Source: a virus. Taken from it: 64,000 nt of DNA. Under the pieces are notes generated by a model. That model was not told the DNA's origin. It made no database searches and saw nothing but the letters and a program-made list of their open reading frames with translations. The position numbers were made by a program, and so were the translations under genes. The stretch lies in IMG/VR virus record IMGVR_UViG_3300037319_000172, positions 45,614-109,613 of that record; one strand, written 5' to 3'. How positions within the stretch are numbered: position 1 is the first letter of the stretch; every line of letters begins with the position of its first letter. Shown here piece by piece: positions 39,510-48,522 of the stretch.

Positions 39510-40193
39510 CTATTTTGTTAATTTATGATATAAAGAGTATCTTGATATTGGGAGTATACATTCTTCGTGATCTTCGTTTAATTTGTGATCTATTCTCCAG
39601 AATCTTTTATCGTCTATTTCTTTTTTTGAATTTACTATGTATTCTATTATATCTGGAACCCCTTTCAAATCGATATCTACCTTCTTAAGTATTAAATCAT
39701 CCCATTCTCCTACTAATTTATAAGGGTTATTATATGAATAAGTTAATATGTTAGTATTTTTATCTATTATAAAAACAATGCCTTTTATTTTTGTTGGCAT
39801 AGTTCTAGGAATTTCTGTTACTGTCAGTTTTGAAGCGATAGATCTCCACTTTACCCTAATCATTCTAAATAAAGATTCGAATTCTTCAATTGCAATTTCT
39901 ACTAATTGGTATATGTGAAATATGTCATCTTCGGTTTCAGGATATTCGTAGTCGAGAGACATCGTGTCTAGATTTATCCCAGTAAGTACTCTGAGCCTGT
40001 CATCTATCTCGTTCTTTTTATTTTTAAGTTTATATAAGTCTTCTAATTGGTATTCTACTTCAGTTAATGCCTCATGTAAAAATCCGGCTTTAATCATAGA
40101 CATTAACTTTTGAGTTGCCCCTAATAGTTTATATCTTTTTAATTCAAAGTCGAAAGGTAAATCGGTTAGCCAGTTTTTATGTAATATCTTCAT
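39510..40193 (-). CDS. Hypothetical protein
   Basis: 227 aa, W....DFELK.Y.LL N-terminus. Confidence 0.65.
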   Translation of the reverse strand: MKILHKNWLTDLPFDFELKRYKLLGATQKLMSMIKAGFLHEALTEVEYQLEDLYKLKNKKNEIDDRLRVLTGINLDTMSLDYEYPETEDDIFHIYQLVEIAIEEFESLFRMIRVKWRSIASKLTVTEIPRTMPTKIKGIVFIIDKNTNILTYSYNNPYKLVGEWDDLILKKVDIDLKGVPDIIEYIVNSKKEIDDKRFWRIDHKLNEDHEECILPISRYSLYHKLTK

Positions 40194-40251
40194 CAGATAT
40201 ATTTATCCGAATATCGTAGGCGTATAGTGTGATTATGAAGGTAATATTGTA

Positions 40252-40566
40252 TTATAAATGTTCTTTGTCTTTTTCTTCTTTTATTACTTTAAAGGTATCT
40301 GCCGCTTCAGTACCTTCTAGAGCAAGACCCCATTGTAATATAAACCAATGTGCTTCTTTTAAAGCCATTTCTTTGTTTAACTTTAAAACTTCTCGAATTC
40401 TGCTAACACTATGGTTTATGAAAGCTTCTTCTCTTTCTTTAGTAGTTCGGTATTCCATATACCATTGTGGATTTCCTTTAACATCTTCGTAAGTTACACC
40501 ATGATGTTTAAGTTGTTCATTTATTAATTCAATAAACAGTTCTCTTGTTTTCTCTCGCTTTGTCAT
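40252..40566 (-). CDS. Hypothetical protein
   Basis: 104-aa ORF. Confidence 0.65.
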   Translation of the reverse strand: MTKREKTRELFIELINEQLKHHGVTYEDVKGNPQWYMEYRTTKEREEAFINHSVSRIREVLKLNKEMALKEAHWFILQWGLALEGTEAADTFKVIKEEKDKEHL

Positions 40567-40591
40567 ATTACTTTATTATTAGATTATTATA

Positions 40592-40786
40592 TTATAATGA
40601 TATAAGACTGGCGAAAGTGTCCATGTCGCTCAAACGAATAAAATCGTCTGAAGTTAAGGAAACCATCACCATGTCAGTCATAGGATTAAAAGAAATCTCA
40701 ATCATATCTTCTAGATTATTATAATCTTTTAATATGTTAGTTAGATACTCTATTTTATTCTGTCTTATGTAAAAATATACTTTCAT
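40592..40786 (-). CDS. Small hypothetical protein
   Basis: 64-aa ORF. Confidence 0.55.
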   Translation of the reverse strand: MKVYFYIRQNKIEYLTNILKDYNNLEDMIEISFNPMTDMVMVSLTSDDFIRLSDMDTFASLISL

Positions 40787-40803
40787 AATCCTATATTATT
40801 ATA

Positions 40804-41475
40804 TTATCTTTTTTTAATTATCTCATCAATAATTCCATACTTCTTAGCTTCTTCTGCATTTAACCAAAAATCTCTGGTTGCATCTTTCATAACTACTTCC
40901 GCTTTTTTACCGCAATATTCTCCTAACAATACAAATAATTCCTTATTTACATCTTGCCAGTTTTTCCAATCTATTTCAGCATCTTGTATATTACCACTAA
41001 ATCCTCCAGAAGACTGGTGTAACATAGTAGTAGAGTGACGTAGAGACATTCTCTTACCCTTGGTTCCTGCTCCTAATAATACTGAACCCATTGACGCGGC
41101 CATACCAGTGTTGATCGTACGTATATCACATTTAATGTAATCCATAACATCTACCATAGAAAGACCAGATTTAACTGAACCTCCTGGTGAATCAACATGC
41201 ATTGTAATATCCTCTGCTGATGTAGTATCTAGAAACATTAATTGTGCCTGAACTATTGTAGACATATTGTCGTTAACTGGACCTGCTACCCAAAGTAATC
41301 TATCCATCATCAATCTTGAAAATATATCCATTTGAGTTGCTCTAAGTTCTCTCTCTTCTAAAATGTAAGGAGTCATTGAGTTCTCTACTTGTTTCTCGTA
41401 ATAATTCATGTTAGAAGAACTAACATTATGATCGCTCATTGCGAACTTCCTAAAATCTTTACTATTGTAATCCAT
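40804..41475 (-). CDS. clpP: ClpP protease subunit
   Basis: TPYILEER...MDIFSRLMMDR, SPGG, GMAASMG, HQ, RD.W..AEEA..YGIID. Confidence 0.95.
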   Translation of the reverse strand: MDYNSKDFRKFAMSDHNVSSSNMNYYEKQVENSMTPYILEERELRATQMDIFSRLMMDRLLWVAGPVNDNMSTIVQAQLMFLDTTSAEDITMHVDSPGGSVKSGLSMVDVMDYIKCDIRTINTGMAASMGSVLLGAGTKGKRMSLRHSTTMLHQSSGGFSGNIQDAEIDWKNWQDVNKELFVLLGEYCGKKAEVVMKDATRDFWLNAEEAKKYGIIDEIIKKR

Positions 41476-41773
41476 GTTCTATTATTAGTTTTGATATTTT
41501 TTCACAAGTCTCGTATTCCTCGTTTTCTTTATAATACTCTAGAGCTTTCGTTAACGACTTAACATAACCTTCTCCTTCTAATTTTGCTTCCATAACATCT
41601 CCTCCAGGATCTACTAAGTAGCATAATACATCTAAGCTAAAATTGCTAGTTAAATTAAATTCTATAAATTCCAATACTCTCTTATAAAATCCTTCTTTAT
41701 CTTTTATTGGTCCTTCTAGAGATGTTTCTATTCCATCGGCATTAATATCAAAATACGGCGTATCTCCTATCAT
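41462..41773 (-). CDS. Small UVR/M-domain-like protein overlapping clpP start
   Basis: ALEYYKENEEYETCEKI; 14-nt overlap with clpP. Confidence 0.62.
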   Translation of the reverse strand: MIGDTPYFDINADGIETSLEGPIKDKEGFYKRVLEFIEFNLTSNFSLDVLCYLVDPGGDVMEAKLEGEGYVKSLTKALEYYKENEEYETCEKISKLIIEHGLQ

Positions 41774-41777
41774 TGTA

Positions 41778-42632
41778 TTATGTTAATCTAATATTAAGAT
41801 AGTCTCTTAATATATTATTATAAGTTATTTGTTTGCTTCCAGTAGAAACTGCTTCATTAATCTCTTTCATGAAGTTAATACCATGATCAGTTATTAACAT
41901 ATTATCTTTTGTTAATGTACATAAAGGATTTTCTATATTCATTGTGTAGTTCTTACCTTGATCTTCGCTTTCTGCGACTATCTTAGTAGCCATATCGAAG
42001 TGTCTTTCGTAAAAGTGTATATTATCAGCACAATGGTAGTAAGTTCCTAATTCTAACTCAGGATATGTTTCTAACAACCATAATCTCATGTGTTGGTGTA
42101 TAAAACTAAAATAAGGTGCATCGAATGTAAGACCATAGAATATATCATTAGATCTCATTTGAACTTTCATGTTTAGTTTATTGTCTCTTATAAAAAAGTT
42201 GAGGTACATTGTACATACGAAATCTTTATTACCTTCAAACTGAAACTTAGGTTGATTTAAAAAAGATACAGCTTGTCTAGTATTCTTGTCTTTCTTTAAA
42301 GATTCTAACGCAAATTGTAATTGACCACCAAAAAGAAGGTAACCGTAATTTGAATTTATATTATTAGTTCCGGTATTCGTTAAAGTAGACCACATCTTTG
42401 AAAATTGACCGATATAATCAACATCACGATCTCTATTAAGATACCAACATAGTTCTCCACCGAAATACTTCCAGTTAAAAGCTCTACTATCAAAATGTGC
42501 TATTGTTTTAGTTGGATCAAATTCTATAGTTTGAATAGTGTGTTCCTTAACCTTCATATCTCGAGGTTGAGAAACATCACCATCATTTTCTATATTTAAA
42601 ATTAAATCTTTGAATTTATTATTAAATGTCAT
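41778..42632 (-). CDS. Thymidylate-synthase-fold enzyme, dCMP hydroxymethylase-like (T4 gp42 type)
   Basis: EL.WY, INSNYG, DFVCT, MRSNDIFYGLTFD (Asp at the E. coli ThyA N177 position), H.YERH. Confidence 0.75.
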   Translation of the reverse strand: MTFNNKFKDLILNIENDGDVSQPRDMKVKEHTIQTIEFDPTKTIAHFDSRAFNWKYFGGELCWYLNRDRDVDYIGQFSKMWSTLTNTGTNNINSNYGYLLFGGQLQFALESLKKDKNTRQAVSFLNQPKFQFEGNKDFVCTMYLNFFIRDNKLNMKVQMRSNDIFYGLTFDAPYFSFIHQHMRLWLLETYPELELGTYYHCADNIHFYERHFDMATKIVAESEDQGKNYTMNIENPLCTLTKDNMLITDHGINFMKEINEAVSTGSKQITYNNILRDYLNIRLT

Positions 42633-42670
42633 ATATTATATTATTAAAGTAACTTACTAATATTATACTA

Positions 42671-44647
42671 CTATTTTAAAGAAAGTTTATCTTCTCCTTT
42701 TTTATGTGAGATTGAATATGCTTTAGTTCCAATAATCATTGATTTATCAATTATAGCATCCGCTAAAATATCTTCAACATAATTTTGGACTGCTCTCTTA
42801 AGAGGACGTGCACCATATAAAGGATCGTATCCTTGTTCTGCTAAAAATCCTTTTGCTGCTTTATTTATTTTAATAGTATATCCTTGCTTGTCTAGTCTTT
42901 TTATTACTTTATTCAATTCAATATCTACAATTTTAATCATATCATCTCTTGTTAAAGAATCAAATAAAATCATATCATCTAATCTATTTAAGAATTCAGG
43001 TGCAAACTTGTTTTTAAGTTCTTTTCTGATAATAGTTTCAACATGTGATTTATTAGAAGCGATAGATGTTTTACTTTCAAATCCAATTCCTGCTCCAAAA
43101 TCTGATACTTTCTTAGCACCAACATTTGATGTCATTATAATAATTGTATTTGTAAAATCTACAGTTCTTCCTAGAGAATCAGTTAATCTACCTTCGTCTA
43201 AAACTTGTAATAAAGTATTGAATGTATCAGGGTGAGCTTTTTCAACCTCATCAAATAATACAACAGAATAAGGCTTACGTCTTACTGCTTCTGTTAATTG
43301 ACCACCAGATTCATGTCCAACATAACCAGGAGGAGATCCAATTAATTTACTTACATTAAACTTTTCTTGATATTCTGACATATCAATTCTAATAATAGAA
43401 TCTTCGTCTCCGAAATAATAATTAGCTAACGCTTTTACTGTTTCAGTTTTACCTACACCAGTTGGTCCGATAAACATAAAGGATCCTATTGGTTTTTTAG
43501 ATGAACTAACTCCAGTTCTAGATCTTTTAATTACTTTACATAAACCAGTAACTGCAGAATCTTGACCTATTATCATTTCTTTTAAATTAGCTTCCATATC
43601 CATAATGATTTGACTTTCGTCATCTGTCATTCTTGAAATTGGAATTCCAGTAGCATCAGATATTGTTTCTGCAATATCATCATAGGTTACCGGTCTTCTA
43701 TTGATTCGTAAATCATGTTGCCATTTTGTTACAGTCGCATCAATAGCATCTCTTTGCTTAATTTCAGCATCTCTGAATTTAGCAGCCTTTTCGTAGTCTT
43801 GTTCCTCAACAGCGTCTACTTTTTGTTGTTTAATTTCTTCAACTCTTTTTTCAGACTCTTTAATATGTTCTGGCATTTTAACCTGAGCTAAATGTACTTT
43901 AGCGCCAGCTTCATCCATTAAATCAATTGCTTTATCTGGTAATTCTCTAGAAGTAACATATCTATCTGATAATTCAACACAAGCTTTAAGAGCTTCTTCA
44001 GTATATTCAACAGCATGATATTCTTCGTAGTTTCCTTTAATTCTATTTAATATCTCAATAGAATCCTCAATTGAAGGTGGATCAATAAAAACTTCTTGGA
44101 ATCTTCTAGTAAGAGCTCCGTCAGTTTCTATGTTTTCTCTATATTCATCTAATGTAGTTGCACCAATACATTGTACCTGTCCTCTCGCAAGGGCTGGTTT
44201 TAAAATGTTACTAGCATCTAATGAACCACTAACCCCTCCAGCTCCGACTAAAGTATGTATCTCATCAATAAATACTATAATGTCTGGATTTGATTTTAAT
44301 TCATCAACTATCTTTTTCATTCTTTCTTCAAACTCTCCACGATATTTCGTACCTGCAACAATTGTCGCCATGTTTAAAGATATTATCTTTTTATTAGTAA
44401 GAGTCATCGCAACTTTCTTATCTACGATTCTTTGAGCGATTGCTTCTACTAGTGCAGTTTTACCTACACCAGGATCTCCTAATATAATAGGGTTGTTTTT
44501 CTTTCTTCGAGAAAGTATTTGACAAATCCTATAAACTTCTTTGTCTCTTCCAATAATTGGATCTAATTTACCTGCCGCAGCAGCTGCAGTTAAGTCTTCT
44601 CCGAACTGGTCAATTAATGGGGTCTTAACTTGTTTCTTATTTGCCAT
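42671..44647 (-). CDS. clpC: ClpC-like AAA+ unfoldase lacking the N-terminal domain
   Basis: Two NBDs (GDPGVGKT, GPTGVGKT), GTKYRGEFE and GYVG pore loops, UVR M-domain (EQDYEKAAKFRD), IGF loop; 658 aa starting at KTPLIDQFG. Confidence 0.9.
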   Translation of the reverse strand: MANKKQVKTPLIDQFGEDLTAAAAAGKLDPIIGRDKEVYRICQILSRRKKNNPIILGDPGVGKTALVEAIAQRIVDKKVAMTLTNKKIISLNMATIVAGTKYRGEFEERMKKIVDELKSNPDIIVFIDEIHTLVGAGGVSGSLDASNILKPALARGQVQCIGATTLDEYRENIETDGALTRRFQEVFIDPPSIEDSIEILNRIKGNYEEYHAVEYTEEALKACVELSDRYVTSRELPDKAIDLMDEAGAKVHLAQVKMPEHIKESEKRVEEIKQQKVDAVEEQDYEKAAKFRDAEIKQRDAIDATVTKWQHDLRINRRPVTYDDIAETISDATGIPISRMTDDESQIIMDMEANLKEMIIGQDSAVTGLCKVIKRSRTGVSSSKKPIGSFMFIGPTGVGKTETVKALANYYFGDEDSIIRIDMSEYQEKFNVSKLIGSPPGYVGHESGGQLTEAVRRKPYSVVLFDEVEKAHPDTFNTLLQVLDEGRLTDSLGRTVDFTNTIIIMTSNVGAKKVSDFGAGIGFESKTSIASNKSHVETIIRKELKNKFAPEFLNRLDDMILFDSLTRDDMIKIVDIELNKVIKRLDKQGYTIKINKAAKGFLAEQGYDPLYGARPLKRAVQNYVEDILADAIIDKSMIIGTKAYSISHKKGEDKLSLK

Positions 44648-44708
44648 ATTTCTAATTAATATTTATAAGTATTATAATGGTTTAAATGGTTTTGTTTCGG
44701 CATTTTAT

Positions 44709-44738
44709 AAAAAAAAAGAGCTAGTTTTAAGCTAGCTC
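44709..44738 (-). terminator. Intrinsic terminator
   Basis: gagctag-cttaaaa-ctagctc-ttttttttt. Confidence 0.85.
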
Positions 44739-44814
44739 CAGTTTTATAAAATATATGTTGATATTGTATGCACGCAATTAAAGTGAATTGCTTTCGTTCT
44801 AATTATATATCCTT

Positions 44815-45036
44815 TTAAAAATTGACAGATCGCATAGTACAACTTGGGCATAATACTGCATTTGTCTGTTCAGTAACTTCAGTCCACTCTTTACAATCAC
44901 TGTTTCCGTCTTCAGGTGCAAAATCAGAATATTTACTAAGTGATCTTTTAGAGTTTTGACAAATCATAGAGATAGAAGCACTTCCATTTTCTCTAGTTGT
45001 CTTTTTAGTTTTCCAGTTATTATTAGTTTTAGCCAT
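44815..45036 (-). CDS. Small Cys-containing (possible Zn-binding) protein
   Basis: C..C..CPSC. Confidence 0.55.
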   Translation of the reverse strand: MAKTNNNWKTKKTTRENGSASISMICQNSKRSLSKYSDFAPEDGNSDCKEWTEVTEQTNAVLCPSCTMRSVNF

Positions 45037-45047
45037 ATTTATTTTAT

Positions 45048-45599
45048 TTAATTATTAATTATATTATTGTAACACTCTTTTATAATTATAGCATCCCATA
45101 GTGCATTATGTTTTTGTAATTCTTCTTTGGTTCCAGCACGTGCTAGTTTCTCTCTAGATATATCAGGATCGATCCCTTTAATTTTAAGTAAGGTACATAA
45201 GTCGAAAGGTATATAATATACATTTTTAGGAATATTAAAAGCATGACCGAACATCTCATTAAAAAGAACCCAATCATATGCTAAACAATCGCTCCACATT
45301 TCAACTTCATTAAATTGCTTAAGCCATTTTTCTAGAGTATATTTTATTAACTCAGTGCTTCCATACATTTCAGTATAATCACCATTATTCCAAAAGAGAT
45401 CAGTTCCTGTTTTATTGTGAAATTTTAGATTTTTAATAACATTTGTTTGTAACCAATCATCGATCTGTGTTACATCATAATCAGTAAATTCAGCGTAAAA
45501 TGTTTTTCCGCATTCTGAAATAATTCCAATACTTATTAAAGTTGTTTTTTGATGGAGTCCTGTAAACTCAGTATCAAAAAATAATTTTGTTTTCGGCAT
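45048..45599 (-). CDS. DEDDh 3'-5' exoribonuclease (Rv2179c/DUF5051-like)
   Basis: FFDTEFTGL...LISIG, YDWV, HNALWDA. Confidence 0.85.
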   Translation of the reverse strand: MPKTKLFFDTEFTGLHQKTTLISIGIISECGKTFYAEFTDYDVTQIDDWLQTNVIKNLKFHNKTGTDLFWNNGDYTEMYGSTELIKYTLEKWLKQFNEVEMWSDCLAYDWVLFNEMFGHAFNIPKNVYYIPFDLCTLLKIKGIDPDISREKLARAGTKEELQKHNALWDAIIIKECYNNIINN

Positions 45600-45610
45600 A
45601 TTTATTTTAT

Positions 45611-45817
45611 TTAATTGCTATAATGATCCCATTTATGTTTTCCACACTTACAAGTAGCATGTGATCCTTCTAATGAAACAAAACCAGTACATATCTTCGG
45701 TGTTATTCTGTCTATATTTTCGTTTGCAGAAATAAGCATCTCTATTAGTTGATACTTTTCCATAGTATCATACATTTTTACTTTTTCCTCATAAGTCATA
45801 TTTACAGTATGGTACAT
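45611..45817 (-). CDS. Small hypothetical protein
   Basis: 68 aa, C..F......CKCGKH..DH; AAAC-N17-TATAAT upstream. Confidence 0.6.
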   Translation of the reverse strand: MYHTVNMTYEEKVKMYDTMEKYQLIEMLISANENIDRITPKICTGFVSLEGSHATCKCGKHKWDHYSN

Positions 45818-46019
45818 TGTATTATTTTATTATTATACTCCTTTATTACTGATTGTTTCAATAAAATGGGCAGCAAAACTTTAAGAAGACGTATCTAGGT
45901 GATTAATTGAAAGTTTTCACCTAAAAAAGTAAAAATTGACCTATTATTTTGTCTTCTTTGTCATTTACTGATTCTTATATTCCTTATTCTTCATTTGTTT
46001 CTATTTTTTGATTGTTTAG

Positions 46020-47200
46020 AGTTACTATTAGTACTTAGAGGGTTCTATGAGTGGTTAAAAATTTTTATTTTCACAACATACAATTAATTCCACCTTCATC
46101 ATTTAATCCTTTAAAGTCTAAAGTAGTTTAAAGTAATTAATACGTGTTAAAGTCGGGGAAAATAATTTCCAGTCACATTCATTAATCAAAAAAACCCAAA
46201 AACCCAAATCCATACCAACACCAAAATTGTAGGGCGGAGCCCAAAGGGACCCCTTAAGAACCTTTGACAATTGGAATATCTGAAGAGGTAAAAAACCCTG
46301 GGAGAAATATCCGTAGAGAAAATATCGGGGTCCCTTCCATTGCGCCGGGGAGCCGGGTCCCTTACTACACATTTACTACTGAATGACCTATTTAAAGTTC
46401 CACAGAGTTTGGGTGAAGATTGGGTTTTTTTATATTTCCCCTTCCTACCCTTATAAGATTCTCTCCCCTCTTAGTATTCAGAAGAGTATTCAATAGGATT
46501 ATTATTATATTATAAGACTAAGAGTTCTTGTAGTACGCCCCACCCCAATCTTTTTAGGGTACTTTCTTTTTGAGTTTGGTAAATTCTCTTTCTTTTTTAT
46601 TTGGAGTACTTAAAGTCTTAAAGTCATGTGAGTACTTAGAGTATGTGATCGCTTTAACCCACTGAGGTTGAGTGAGAGAACTTGTGAGTGGCCCTTCTCC
46701 CTCCCTACTCAACCTTCAAGCTTAAAGACATAACTTATACTCACAAGTATCAGATTTGTTTCATAATTATCGAAGTTTATTTATTAACAGTCTCCCCATC
46801 TCCAAGTCTTAGAGTACTTAGAGGATCTTGTAGAGTGTGTGCCAACCCGCTAACGGGGTACGGGTGGGCCTTCCTTCCCGGGAGAATTCGGGGGCACTGG
46901 TGGACATTGGATGCTAGGTTTTGTATCTTTATAGAATATCTGAACGGATTGGAAGGGGGATCCCCCAGAATACTCTGAGTCCGTCGAAGAGGGTAGAAGT
47001 AGTCGGATTTCCCGGGGAGCCAGATGGTGCCCATTCTACTAAGTGTTTTTTGATATATGTTTATTATTAATATTACTATAGTCCTTACCCCTCCCCCAGA
47101 GCTCCTACCTTAATTCAGGTTTTGACGGCTCTCAGATTCCAAGCCTAGCGCCGGCGGCTTGGAGCCTCCCAGGTCGCTATACTGCTCATGAGCCTTGGAG
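46020..47200. other. Long non-coding, locally GC-rich tract (candidate origin / genome end / ncRNA)
   Basis: No convincing ORF; AGTACTTAGAG-type repeats; several GC palindromes. Confidence 0.5.
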
Positions 47201-47207
47201 TGTCCGG

Positions 47208-47363
47208 CTAGCGTTTGGCTTGTAGCGCGCGTTCTGCTTGCTTAGCATCGACTGCTTCTGAGTATTGCATGATTAGTCCTTGTAGGTCCGGGTGATATGG
47301 AGTCTTAAGCTTCATATTTAGTATCTGGGCTTGTAGTTCTTGTAGTTTGCTCTGGGTACTCAT
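47208..47363 (-). CDS. Small hypothetical protein (51 aa, not in track)
   Basis: MSTQSKLQELQAQILNMKLKTPYHPDLQGLIMQYSEAVDAKQAERALQAKR; followed by hairpin at 47138-47163. Confidence 0.55.
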   Translation of the reverse strand: MSTQSKLQELQAQILNMKLKTPYHPDLQGLIMQYSEAVDAKQAERALQAKR

Positions 47364-47492
47364 GGCTAATAGGATTTGTTTAGTTAGTATTGGGCCCTGT
47401 CAGTCTATTGACATAGAGCACTCTTATTGGTTACTGGTATTAATTACTATAGGCATTATATATCTGTCCCTCTCTGATAACCTCTATTGGCT

Positions 47493-47840
47493 CTAGTAGA
47501 ATGATGCTAGTAACCTTTGAGTATCTGTATGTGTTGCTACTCTGAATGAATCTTCTTGGACCTGTAGGTTCTTACTACCTTTATACTCCTTCTTAGCCAT
47601 TTGTATTGCAGCTTCTCTGGTAACTGCCTGGTTAGAGTTCCATCCGCCACCCTCGAAGTTAAAGTTCCAGGTTTTGTTAGAGGCTGTATACTCTAATAAG
47701 AATTGCTTTTCCTCTATAATAGGTAGGAGAGCTTCGTGTCCGGTTCCTTTCTTAACTACACTCTTTAAGGCTCTTACTTGTCTCTTTAGTAAGGCTGTTG
47801 CTTCTCGGTTTGCTTTCTTGGTCTTGATTCCGTCTATCAT
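47493..47840 (-). CDS. Hypothetical early protein
   Basis: 115 aa after class E promoter. Confidence 0.7.
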   Translation of the reverse strand: MIDGIKTKKANREATALLKRQVRALKSVVKKGTGHEALLPIIEEKQFLLEYTASNKTWNFNFEGGGWNSNQAVTREAAIQMAKKEYKGSKNLQVQEDSFRVATHTDTQRLLASFY

Positions 47841-47849
47841 GGTTACATC

Positions 47850-47888
47850 TATTAGTTATATGTAAATATACACATTATTATTGATATA
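47850..47888 (-). promoter_or_regulatory. Class E promoter motif
   Basis: TATCAATAATAATGTGTATATTTACATATAACTAATA. Confidence 0.75.
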
Positions 47889-47918
47889 TCGGGCCCTCGG
47901 GCTAAAAGTTATTAACAA

Positions 47919-48131
47919 TTACCTGGCATCACATACTAGGCCTATTCTCCAGGTCCAATCTCTCTTCTCACAGTATTCTATTGCTTGAGCTACTGTTTTG
48001 AGTTCTGGGTGCGAAACTACTTGTTCATTCTCTATATCCCATATCTCGTAGACATTTATAAACTTGTAGTAGTCTATTATAAACTTCTCCTTGGCTCCTA
48101 CATGTTCGTCTATGTATGCTTTGATTTTCAT
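47919..48131 (-). CDS. Hypothetical early protein
   Basis: 70 aa. Confidence 0.6.
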   Translation of the reverse strand: MKIKAYIDEHVGAKEKFIIDYYKFINVYEIWDIENEQVVSHPELKTVAQAIEYCEKRDWTWRIGLVCDAR

Positions 48132-48142
48132 AGTGTTCTAAT

Positions 48143-48337
48143 TTAGTATTGTAACTGTCCGTGTGCATTCTCTAATACAAATCCAGAGTCGTCTGATAAT
48201 ATGTCCAATTCAGCGTCCGTGAGTTGTCTTCCCTTATAAGTTGCTGATGCGATGAATGCGTCGCAGAACTTTGGGTAATCGGACATATCTATGCCTTCTA
48301 CCTCTACGTTCGTTAATTGAGTCTTGTCTATTGTCAT
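48143..48337 (-). CDS. Hypothetical acidic early protein
   Basis: 64 aa, GID..DYP.FCDAFI; class E promoter upstream. Confidence 0.7.
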   Translation of the reverse strand: MTIDKTQLTNVEVEGIDMSDYPKFCDAFIASATYKGRQLTDAELDILSDDSGFVLENAHGQLQY

Positions 48338-48347
48338 AATGCTAGTA

Positions 48348-48386
48348 TTTATTAGTTATATGTAAATATACACAATATTATTGATA
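48348..48386 (-). promoter_or_regulatory. Class E promoter motif (leftward of divergent pair)
   Basis: TATCAATAATATTGTGTATATTTACATATAACTAATAAA. Confidence 0.75.
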
Positions 48387-48425
48387 CTTGGGCCCTCTTT
48401 TGGGTTTATTTTCATCAAAAGCGCT

Positions 48426-48444
48426 ATTTATAATGATTATAAAC
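48426..48444. promoter_or_regulatory. Palindromic operator between divergent promoters
   Basis: ATTTATAATGATTATAAAC (contains TTATAATNATTATAA). Confidence 0.7.
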
Positions 48445-48471
48445 TACAAATTGGTTGCAATTAAGTTGTTC

Positions 48472-48512
48472 TATATCAATTAAAATGATTATATTTACTT
48501 ATAACTAATAAA
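48472..48512 (+). promoter_or_regulatory. Class E promoter motif (rightward)
   Basis: TATATCAATTAAAATGATTATATTTACTTATAACTAATAAA. Confidence 0.8.
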
Positions 48513-48522
48513 TACATACAAA

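Noticed and set aside
15913-44647. Bacterial chromosome origin suggested by rnhB, phoH, dnaJ, clpP, clpC and rpsU
   Set aside because: These genes are interleaved with baseplate, fibre and capsid-cargo genes and share the phage promoter motifs, so they are phage-encoded
46118-47034. ORFs 46118-46372, 46688-46978 and 46777-47034
   Set aside because: Atypical composition, mutually overlapping, no promoter or leader; probably non-coding
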